Shown here piece by piece: positions 52,985 through 64,000 of a DNA stretch of 64,000 bases. Position 1 is the first letter of the stretch. Each line of letters opens with the position of its first letter. The notes beneath the pieces were generated by a model, which saw nothing but the letters and a program-made list of their open reading frames with translations, was not told the DNA's origin and did no database searches. A program made the position numbers and the translations under genes. Origin of the DNA: Malacoraja senta (lineage: Eukaryota); assembly GCA_038087875.1 (NCBI GenBank), contig JAXLNO010000689.1, positions 1-64,000 of the forward strand. The letters are read 5' to 3'.

Positions 52985-55900
52985 ACAGGACAAGCAATTG
53001 TAAGTTCGTTGAGCTTGTGAATAAATGTCCAGAAAATTCTAAATTTCTAGCTTGTTCCACGAAGATGACTCAAGTGTTTTTCTTGCACTATTATTCTAAT
53101 TGATTATGTTTAATCCGGAGGAAAGGGTCTGCGCAGTGGGCACGACCCAGTTGTGCAACATCAATTTATTGTTGCTTTGTGAGATATCAATATATAGAGT
53201 ACTTAACGGCGAAAACCTGGTTTCGCGGTCGGATTCATGACCCGTGTCTAACATACTATGTTTGGCGTCTTCTCGTGTTCTGGGTCTAACACCTCCCATT
53301 GAGCGTGCATATATTTGCATCTGCTAGCGTTTATTTCAAGGGGGTGAGAATACAAAAACATGGATGTAATGCTGAGGCTCTATACGGCGTGACGGGCCGC
53401 ATTTTTAATATTGTGAGCAATTTTGGGCACCATATCCAAGGAAGAAAGAGCTGTGGAAAGCGCCCGGAGGATGTTTACAAGAATAATCGCACGAATGAGT
53501 GAGTTAATATATGATGAGCGTTTGACGACATTGGGCCTATATTCGCTCGAATGTAGAAGAATGGCGGGGGACCTCATTGAAACATACCGAATAGTGAAAG
53601 GATAAAGTGGATAGAGTCATAGAGTGATACTGTTATGAAGCATGCCCTTTGGCCCAACTTGCCTACAGCAGTCAACATGCCCCAGCTACACTGGTCGTAC
53701 TTGCCACCATTTAGTCCATATCGCTCCAAACCTGTCCTATATATGTATCTCTCTAACTGTTTCTTAAACGTTGCGATAGTCGCTGCCTCAACTACCTGCT
53801 CTGGCAGCTTGTTCCATACATTCATCACCCTTTATGTGAAAAGGTTACCCTCAGAACCCTATTAAATATGTTCCCCTTCACCTTAAACCTATGTCCTCTG
53901 TTCCTTGATTCGCCTACCCTGGCAAGAGATGCATCGGGTGCATCTACCCGATCTACCGTGGTCCTTTCGCAATCTTATACATCTATATGAGATCACCACT
54001 CATCCTCCTGCGCTCCAAGTCATAGAGTCCCAGCCTGCTCGACATCTGCCTATGGCTCAGACCATCTAATCCTGGCAGCATCCTCACCAACATCTTACAT
54101 AACTGCAACATGACCTCCCAACTTCCATACTCGATACCCTGACTGATGAATAGCAATATGCCAAAAGCCTTCTCACCACCTGATCTACGTGCGACACCAC
54201 CTTCAGGGAACTATGCACATGTACTCCTATATCGCTCTGCTCTACAACACCACCCAATAGACAAACGACAATGGATGCAGGGGTAGGCCATTGGACGCTT
54301 CGAGCCAGCACCGCTATTCAATGTGATCATGGCTGATCATCCCTAATCCAGATAATCCTGACCCGAACCATTCACTGTGTAGGTCCTGCCCATGATATAC
54401 TTCCCAAATATGCCAGTATATCCAATCTCTCTGAACAGCATCGAGAGACATTCCAACCACAAATGATAAGCTTACTGTTCTATAGTTAACAGCATTTTCA
54501 CTGCAGCCCTTCTTGAATAAAGGCACAGCATCTGCCACCCTACAATCTTCTGGTAATCTTCTGGCAACCCTCCCGTATTTATCAAACAGGGATCGCACAA
54601 TCTCCTCTGTGGTTTCCCATAATGACCTCGGATATATCTGATCAGGCACTTTAGAGTTGTCTACTTCATACACGATAGTACCTTCAACGTACTATCGACC
54701 GTATTACTGACTGCTCTTATTACACTGCCCTTGACTGCCCCAATTTCCTCCGTCCTCCTCTCTGTTTCCTCGGTAAATACTTCGGAGAAATACTCATTGA
54801 GGACATTGCTCATCTCCTTTTGCTACACACATTGTTGACCGTTTTGCATCCTGAGGGATCCCACTATCTCGTGTTACCCTTTCCATCCTTATATATTTAT
54901 AAAATCTCTTGGGGTTTTCCTTAATGCTATCTGCCAGAGCTAGCTCCTTGCCTCTTTTTTGCCCTTCTGATTTTCTTTTTTACTTTGCTCCTTGGTTCCA
55001 GAAACTCCGCCAGGGTTACACATGATCCCAGCTTCCTATACATCTCCAATGCTGCTTTTATTCTTAAATGTTGCCTCAATATCTCCCGACATCCAAGGTT
55101 CCTTAGGTTTTCCTATTTTGCCCTTCACAGCCCATTTGGTTCATGTTCTTTTCTCCGGAAACCCGCTACTATCAACTTGAGCACGACACAGTCTCATGCC
55201 CGGAAAGTTTGCCTTACCCAAATGTTGCTTTTTAACGTGATTTCTCTTTCTTTCCCTTTATCTATCTATCTATCTTAAACCTAATCGAACCTAATATGTA
55301 GGACCCTCTACATGTTGCTGACTATGGAGCGGATGTTTCTACTCGGGGGAGAGTATAGGACTAGAGATCATAGTGTCACAATTAAAGGACGTTCCTTTAG
55401 CAAGGAGAAGAGGGGAAATGTATTTAGTCAGATAGTGGTGAATCCGTGGAATTCATTATCACAGAACACCGTGGATGCCGTCAATAGATGTGTTCGGGGC
55501 CTAGGTAGATAGATTCTTGATTAGCACATGTGTCAGGAGCTATGAGGAGAAAAAAGGAGGAAAGGGTTAGGAGGGATAGATACAGTAGATTAGCCACGAT
55601 TGAATGGCGTTGACATGATGGGCCGAATGGCCTAATTATGCTCTGATCACTAATGCCTTTATGATCTGTAGAATTCATCCCACGGGGAAGACGCTGTTCC
55701 AGCTTTAAATGATGAATCAACTTCACTTGGTAATTTATATCGGAGTTTCGAATTAGGAGCATTGTCTCAGCTGACAGCTCTTGCTTCTTACTCGTTCCTT
55801 TTCGTCTGTGTAACAGCACGAATGCGCCTAAACCGCGTTCACAACTTAGTGTAGCGCCTAAACCGCATTCACAACTTACATGATCTCCCGGTTGCCAAAT

Positions 55901-58900
55901 ACTGTAATTTACTGTCATCCACTGTTAGAGTGAGGCAAAAAGGAAATTGTTGGAACATCTTCTCATATTTTGCTTGGGAAGCTTGCATCCTTGGGGTATG
56001 AAAAATGATTTATTTAGCTTCAAGTAAACCCTGCATTATTTCTCTCTCCATCCCCCCATCTCAAGTAATATCAGCTTTCCGATCCCACCTTTTAAACAGC
56101 TAACAGTGGCATGTTTCCTTTATCATTGTAATTTTTTTGCATATCTTTCATTCATTTGTTCTATATCACTTTACATTATCACGTATATATCTCAGTCTGT
56201 ATGAGGTGATTATCAGTTTGAAGAAGAATCTCGACCCCGAATGTCACGCATTCCTTCTCTCCAGATAAGCTTCCTTCCCCGTTGCGTTAATCCAGCATTG
56301 AGTGTCTATCTTCGGTTTAAACCAGCATCTGCAGTTTCATCCTGCACATTTCGTCACACCGAAGGTCCAGGAACAGAGAAGGTGGGTACCCATGGTCAGA
56401 AACAGGAAGTGCAGGTGACTTCTCTGGCCATCCTACTTCAAATCAAATACTCTCTTTAGAGTGCTGACGTGGGGGATACCTCACGTCAAAGTTGAGCAGC
56501 TGTGGCAGGAAGGACTGTTACAGAAACTCTGCAAATGAGGCTCAGCAGGTAATGGCTACGTCAAGCAGAGCCACAATTGTAGATGACTACATAATTCGAG
56601 GTGCAGACAGGCGTTGATGTGGCAGCAATCGAGTCTACAGGATTGTGTGTTGCTTTCCTACTGCCAGGGTTCATGGCGTCACGGAGCGGCTTCATGACAT
56701 CCTCTGGAGGGAGGGGAAGCAGCGGTAAGTCGTTGTGCGTGTTGACACAAATTACGTAGGTGGGAAATGGAAGTACTTTCTGCAACATGAGTATAGGGAG
56801 TTGGGTAAAAAAAAAAAAAGTCATGACTTCCATTGTCGTAATCTTTGGATCGGTTCCAGCGCCACGTGGTAGTGAGGGAAGGAACAGGAAGATACATGAG
56901 TTGAATCTGGGCTGAGAGGTTGGTGCAGCTGCAGAGATTCAGATTTCTAGATCATTGTGATCACTTCTGGAGATGAGGTGACATTTCCAAGAACGATGGC
57001 TTACATGTTAGCTTGAGAGGATTGAATATCCAGGCACGCATGATCGCTTGTGCTGCACGGCTGGGTTTCAATTAGATTGACAGGGCGGTGGGATCTCATC
57101 CGATAACGAGGCACATAAGAGTCAGGACGTTGGTATGGAGGGTGGGGAAAGGAAGTCAGTCAGCCAGTAGTGGCTGTTCGTTTAAATTATGTTAATTGTA
57201 ATGCAACAGGCCTGATGGGTAAGACAGATGAACTTAGGGCTTGGATAGGTGCGTGCGACTGGGACGTTGCGCCTATTATATAAACCTAGCTAATAGATGT
57301 TATGATTGGAAGCTCAACGTTCCAGGGTCCAGGTGCTTCAGGAGAGACAAAGTTGTCGGTAAAAGTGGAGGGTTGTTCCGTTATTGGTTTAGGACGGGAT
57401 CATGGCAGTGGACAAAGTTGACTTTACGGACGGTTCGTCTGACCGTGGAGCTGACGAACAAGAAAGGGATGATTTTGGAGCGTACTATACGTAAAAGTTG
57501 GAACGTACAAGTTGACAACGGGAATTAAAATACCAAATACCAAATTAAAATACCCTCGCTCAGCAGCAGCAACAAAGACTCATGTGTGAGAGACTCCCAA
57601 ACGCACATGCATGTTAAAATAATCTTGCTTATAAAGTAACCGTTTGATCACGAATTTTGGACTCGCTACACAGGCATGATTGAATGTCGGGGTAGACACG
57701 ATGGACCTAATGGCCTAATTCTGCTGCTATCACCTGTGATCCTATGACCTTATAACACACTTTGGAGTTGTACTGATGGAGTGCACACTATGATGGTACG
57801 AATGGATAGATATACTGTGGTATGGGCCTGACGGAGTGAAACACTGTGGAATGCATCTGCGTGGTGTAGAACTAATAGAGTGCCATACTGAAGGGGAATA
57901 TAGACAGAATTATCATCTGTGGGGAGGCACTGAAGGAGAGACACACCGCAATACAATACAATACAATATAATACAATACATTAATATAATACTTTATTAG
58001 CTAAGTGTGTTTTGCAACATTTGCCAAGTCAGTCATACAAATAATAAGCAACGGAACACACAAATTACATTTTCACATAAATGTCCACCAAAGGGATTCC
58101 TCCACATTCCTCACTGTGATGGGAGGCGAAAAAAAAGTTCAATTTCTTCCAGTCTTTGTTCTCCCGCGTTCGGGGGCCTCGAGCCTTCCGTTAACGGGAT
58201 GAACTTGACTCCTGTAACGGCGGCGTTTGGGCTCTCGACATCGGGGCGATAAGTTACCGCAACAGGGTAATGTCAGCTCCCCCGCGCCGACGATCGGACC
58301 CCTAGTCGGGGCTGATCAAAATTCTGCGTCGTTGGAGCACCCGACTAGGCCACTCCCGATTCTGCGAGCTCTCGATGGCAAAGTCCGCAGATCGCGATTG
58401 GAGCGATCCCAGACAACGGAGCAGCTACGATGGAAAGTCTACGCCCCACGGTGGTACTCAAAGTTAGTGCGGTGAGGCCTCCAGCTTCATCGATGTTAGG
58501 CCGCAGAGCGACCGGAGAGACGACTCGAAAACCAATCGCATCTCCGGCAAGGTAAGATATTGAAAAACGTTTCCCCAGACCCCCCACCCCCACCCCCACC
58601 CCCTTATAACAAACAAGATAACATACACAAAAACATGTAAACACTAAAAATAACAAAAGAAAGGCGAAATACAGACAGACTGCTGGCGGGGCTGCCAATG
58701 GGGTGTTACTGTTTGTGTGCACAATGTGGAAAATTATTGTGTCGTGAATACACAATGGAGAGACACACTACGGAATAATACTATCTCTCTTTGGATCACA
58801 TGGGATGAAACCTCCCCTTTATTCTAAGACTGTGGCCCCTGGTTCTGGACTCGCCCAACATTGGGAACATTTTTCCTGCATCTAGCTTGTCCAGTCCTTT

Positions 58901-59930
58901 TATAATGTTATGTTTCTATAACAACTCCCCTCATCCTTCTAAACTCTAGTGAATACAAGCTTAGTCTTTTCAGTCTTTCCTCATATGAAAGTCCTTCCAT
59001 CCCAGGGAGCAATCTCGTGAACCTACCCTGCACTGCCTCAATCACAGGGATGTCTTTCCTCAAATTAGGATACCAAAACTGTACACAATACTCCAGATGT
59101 GGTCTCACTGGAGTCCTATACAACTGCAGAAGAACCGCTTTACTCCTATACTGAAATCCTCTTGTTTTGAAGGCCAACATTACATCAGCTTTCTTCACTG
59201 CCTGCTGTATCTGCACGCCAACTTGCAGTGACCGGTGTACCCCTTACCTAACCTAATGCCATTGAGATAATAATCTCCCCCCTTGTTTTTGCCGCCAAAG
59301 TGGATAACCTCACATTTTTCTATTTTATACTGCATCTGCCACGCATCTGCCCACTCACTCAACCTGTCCGTGTCATCCTGCAACCTGCTAACATCCTCTT
59401 CATAGTTCACACTGCCACCCAGCTTTGTGTCATCTGCAAACTTGCTAGTGTTGCTCCTAATTCCCTCTTCTAAATCATTAATATATATGGTAAACAGTTG
59501 CGATCCCAACACCGAGCATTGCGGCACTCCACTCGCCTCTGCCTGCCATACTGAAAAGGACCCGTTCAGTCCTACTCTTTGCTTCCGGTCTCCCAACCAA
59601 TTTATATCCATGACAACACCCTACCCCAATACCATGTGCACTAATTTTAGACTCCAGTCTCTTGTCGAATGCCTCACTGAAATCCATGTATACAACATCG
59701 ACAAGTCACTTCTCAACGACTTTTTGGTCACGTCTGCAAAAAACTCAATCAGACTTGCGAGACACTACATTCCCCGTACAAAACCATGCTGACTATCCCT
59801 AATCAGACCTTGCTTATCCAAATGCCTGTATATCCAAATAACTGTAGAAAAGGTTGCTTATCGGGCTGGTGGCCTGCGACTAGTGGTGTGCCTCAGGGTT
59901 CGTTGCTGAGCCCGTTACTGTATGTCATCT

Positions 59931-60814
59931 TCGGTGGGCGGCGCGACTCTCGTTTGCAGCGGCCTCTGCAGTCCGTCTATCTTTTTATTATTTTTGTCTC
60001 GTTTTTATGTAGTTTTTTTTTGTTTTTTTTTGTCGGGGAATGTGTGTGGGGGATGGGGGTGGGGTGGGGGGGGACTTTGAAATCTCTCCCCTGCACGGGA
60101 GGCCCGACCTTTTCTTTGTCGGGTCTCCGTTGTCGTAGGGGCTGGGCAACGTGGAGCGGCCTCCAGCAGGAATGACCTGGGGCTCCAGTTGCGGAGCTGC
60201 GGACTACTCACCGTCACGGGGCTGGCCGAGTCCGGAGCGGGTGGAGCTGTGGTGGAGACAATCGCTGCTGCGACCCGACCCCCGGAGATTCGGAGGCTAC
60301 AACCGCGGATCTGGCGGACGGCAACACCGGAAGCCCGCGGGTCCCCTGGTGGGAGACCGCTTTTCGGGGCTTCCGCAGCGGCGACTTCTCCCGCCCGAGT
60401 TGCGGGGTTGAAGAGCACCTGGAGCGGGGATTTATCCCCCCCGCGCGGCTTGGAATGGCCGCCGGACTTTGCGGGCGCGCGCCGGGGCTCTAACACCAAG
60501 ACCCGGTGCGCGACCTTGCATCACCCGGCGTGGCTTTAATGGCCGCGGGATAATCACCAGCGCCCGCCGGGGGTTTTGACTTTGACTCTGACATCGGGGG
60601 GGGGGGGAGTGCAGGGGAGAGATACGTTTTTTTTGCCTTTCATCACAGCGCTGTGATGGATGTATGTGTAAATTGTGTTGTGTCTCGGGTCTTGTTCGTT
60701 TTGTGATGTATGGCTCCAGAAACGACATTTCGTTTGGACCTCAAGGGGTCCAAATGACAAATTTGTCCAAAAGACAAATCAACAAATTGTAATTGTAAAA
60801 ATTGTAAAATTGTA
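59931..60814 (+). mobile_element. GC-rich non-autonomous retroelement with (AATTGTA)n tail
   Basis: ATCT duplication (59927-59930 and 60815-60818). Empty site in units A and B. Confidence 0.82.
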
Positions 60815-60848
60815 ATCTACCCCGCTGACTCTGCCATATCCTTATTTC

Positions 60849-61283
60849 TTTGGAGCGCAGAAGTTTAAGGGGGGACTTGATAGAAGTCTTTAAAATGATG
60901 AGCGGGTTAGACAGAGTTCACGAGGATAAGCTTTTCCCATTGAGAGTAGGGAAGATTCAAACAAGGGGCCATGACTTGAGAATTAAGGGACAGAAGTGTA
61001 GGGGTATCATTAGGGGGACCTTCTTTACCCAGAGTGTGGTGGCTCTGTGGAATGAGCTTCCAGTGGAAGTGGTTGAGGCAGGTTCGATTTTATCCTTTAA
61101 AAATAGATTGGATGGGTATATGGACGGGAAAGGAATGGAGGGATATGGTCTGAGTGCAGGTAGATGGGACTAGGGGGAAGTATGGAGAAAGAAGGGGGAA
61201 ACAAAAGTGTTGGGCACGGAATTGAAGGGCCGAGATGGCCTGTTTCCGTGCTGTAATGGTTATATGGTTATATGGTTATATGG
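60849..61283 (+). mobile_element. CR1 3' end, unit-D-specific
   Basis: Target duplication TTATTTC (60842-60848 and 61284-61290). (GGTTATAT)n tail. ORF 60850-61173. Confidence 0.9.
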
Positions 61284-62219
61284 TTATTTCCTGCTCAATA
61301 TACCTGTCCAATTGTTACCTTTAGATTGCCTTTATTGCCTGACATTATCTTTATTGTACCGAGCTTCTCGGCGTCACTGCCTTATCAATATTTGGAGTGA
61401 TCATTCTAATGACAATTAATGGCAGGACGCAATAAAGTGACTGAGCAAAATATATTGTAATAAGCCGTCAATATGCAAGAGTCACTTGGAGAATGGAGGA
61501 AAAGCTGAAAACGACTCATGAACGTGGATGGCCCATACATCCCCCAGTGACATATCCAGCAACAAACTGCATATTTATGCACCCCTAAAGTCACTTTCTG
61601 CCACATTTCTATGTGCTGCAATTAGTGTTACAATTGATCGGTGACGAAGAATCAACGAACCGAAGCAAAACCAGAGCGCAGTGCTGATGTACTATCCACC
61701 TCTTTGATCACCTAGGTCGGACTTTGCTGGCTTTACCTTGCAATAAACGTTATTCATTTATAATGTAGTCCCTTATCACAGTGAATGGATCGATTGTAAT
61801 CATGTGCTGTCTTTCTGCTGACTGGTTAGCACGTAAGAACATATTTTCCCTGTATCTCGGTACACGTGACAATATACTAAAATAAACTTAACTAAACTAA
61901 ATTAATCTAAACACATTCTTGAAACACAGTTTAACCTTCATGACACAACACTGAACTTTCACCCTACTGCGTTGGATACCTTCCATGACAACATTATAAC
62001 TAATTGCATGTAATATCCTCGGTGAACTAAACAAATTACACATGCACAATGCGTAAAACTAGTTTTTGGTAAGTGTTTGTTCAATGGCCTGTGGCTAACG
62101 TGACTCTGGAGGGTACCAATTAGCTCAGTGGGCGTTCCGTGGTGTAGAATAACACGTTGATCTGGTGCATGTCGCTACTTGGAACGCTTCGTATGACTGG
62201 TCGCTGCTTCAGGTAGAAA

Positions 62220-62289
62220 ATGGAGTATCCAGCGATTTTCCACGTTGCAAGAAATTACTATCCTGTACTTGCAGCGATCGGCATTCCTG
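62220..62289 (+). CDS. GPR139-like GPCR copy 4, exon 1 (exon 2 expected beyond the window)
   Basis: MEYPAIFHVARNYYPVLAAIGIP+G with a GTAAG donor. Functional status cannot be judged here. Confidence 0.75.
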
Positions 62290-64000
62290 GTAAGGTACTA
62301 GAACTGACTCGGCGACCGTTTCAAGGAACAGTTAGGGAGGGCGGCACGGTGGCCCAGCGGTAGAGTTGCTGTCTTACAGCTCTTTCAGCACTTTCAGCGC
62401 CAGAGACCCATGTTCGATCCTGACTACGGGTGCTGTATGTACGGCGTTTGTACGTTCTCCTCGTGACTTGCGTGGGTTTCTCCAAGAACTTCGATTTTTC
62501 CCCCACATTCCTAAGACGTACAGGATTGTAGGCTTATTGGCTTGGTAAATATGTAAAAAATGTTCCTAATATGTGATGGATAGTGCTAATGTGCGGGGAT
62601 AGCTGGTCGGTGCGCACTCGTTCGGCATGTTTCAGCGCTGTATCTCTAAACTAAACTAAACTGAACTTACACTTGGTTCGCCAACGCCTATTTGTTCTGA
62701 TGGTTGCTAAGCATTTGATATCGCCTTTCATTCACATACTGACCTTTTTGACCTGCGCCTTTGTCAGAGTGCGGCGGCACACAAACCGAATATCAGCTCC
62801 TCATAATCCGCTTGATTAGCTTACAAACTGATTGAGTCCTTTCTCTAATATTAGGCACCAAATCCACATCCACATCCTCTCCTATCTGCCACTCAGTTAT
62901 GTGTTCTACCACCGGTCCTCGCACCCAATTCTATCAAACACCTCCCCTTTCATCGACATTTCTTCTCCTGGCTTCACAATGCACATCCTTTGACATATCT
63001 CAAAACGTTTGACTTTTGACATCTGCGAATGTTAGTTTAGTTCAGTTCAGTTCTGAGATATAGCGTGGAAACAGATCCTTCGGCACACCCATGCCGCCCA
63101 TTAATCCCCACACCGTAACAATAACCGACACAGATTACGTACAATTTAACCTTATACAAAATCAATTAACATACATGTACGTTTATGGAGTGTGGGATGC
63201 AACCGGAGCACCCACACAGTACAAGGGGAGAAGGTACAAACTCCATACAGACAGTATCCGTAGGCCGGATCAAATCCGTGTCTCTGGTAGCAACTTTACC
63301 ACTGCGCCACCGTGCCGCCCCATGTTGAACCCATCTGCTCAACATTTTCCACCTATAATTCGCCAGGCTTTGCCCTGTCGCTCCTTTTTTTAAAATAGGT
63401 TTCCCCAACCACCACAACAAATCTGAGGAAGGGACCCGAGCAATTGCTGACCCGCTGAGTTCCTCCAGCACTTTGTATCTATCCGTGTTCTCCAGAGATG
63501 TTGCTTGACCCGCTGAGTTACAACACACTTTATTCCGATCCGTGTTCTGCAGATATGCTGCCTGATGCGCTGAGTTACTCCCAAACCTTGTACCTATCCG
63601 TGTACACCTGAGGTGTTGCCTGACCCACTGACTTGATCTTGTACGTTGTGAATGCTTTACATTATTGTCTGCCATTCCTTGTATCTGCTATTTGCGTGGC
63701 TCGTCTTTCATATTTCGCTTCTTACAACGTGGACTCGCCGTTTACTAGGACAAATGTCCTCCGTGCCAAAGAACTAGCTGCGTGACAGTCGCGAAAGAGA
63801 ATTATTCTGTTGATCGGCACAAAATGCTGCAGTAACTCAGCGGGACAGGCAGCATCTCTGGAGAGAAGGAGTGGGTGACATTTTGGATGTCTTTGGACCT
63901 TTCTTCTCCACCTGAAACGTCACCAATTCCTTCTCTCCCGAGATGATGACTGTCCCGCTGAGTAAAATATAGCGGAGATGAGCGGCAAGCCAGAGGATTG

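Larger units (their letters stand above)
22821..64000 (+). repeat. Head-to-tail segmental duplication array: unit A ~22821-36389, B ~36390-48452, partial C 51521-58780, D 58781 to window end
   Basis: Collinear blocks of unique and repeat sequence recur. The junction motif GGAATAATACT|RTCTCTCTTTGGATCACATG occurs at ~36390 and ~58781. Confidence 0.92.

Overview
Repeat-dense vertebrate genomic DNA, most likely from a cartilaginous fish (skate, ray or shark). This is inferred from HE1/V-SINE-type SINEs, HER1/CR1 LINEs, Penelope elements and the GPCR family present. The left third (1-22.8 kb) is nested transposon debris: a decayed Gypsy LTR element (110-bp LTRs at 1245 and 10369) carrying a Rex1-type LINE and a CR1 LINE, a second Rex1, a retrovirus-like pol fragment, back-to-back CR1s and a 1.8-kb GATA/GACA microsatellite. 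From about 22.8 kb to the end is a head-to-tail segmental duplication (unit about 14 kb). Each unit carries a two-exon class A GPCR of the GPR139/GPR142-like type: a 70-nt exon 1, a phase-1 intron and a large exon 2. Copy 1 is intact (314 aa). Copy 2 is broken by a retro-insertion and frameshifts. Copy 3 has lost exon 1 and carries frameshifts and a stop codon. Copy 4 shows only an intact exon 1 within the window. Amino-acid differences between paralogs cluster at predicted ligand-pocket positions, suggesting a birth-and-death, possibly chemosensory, receptor family. All family calls come from motif recognition by eye, without database searches.
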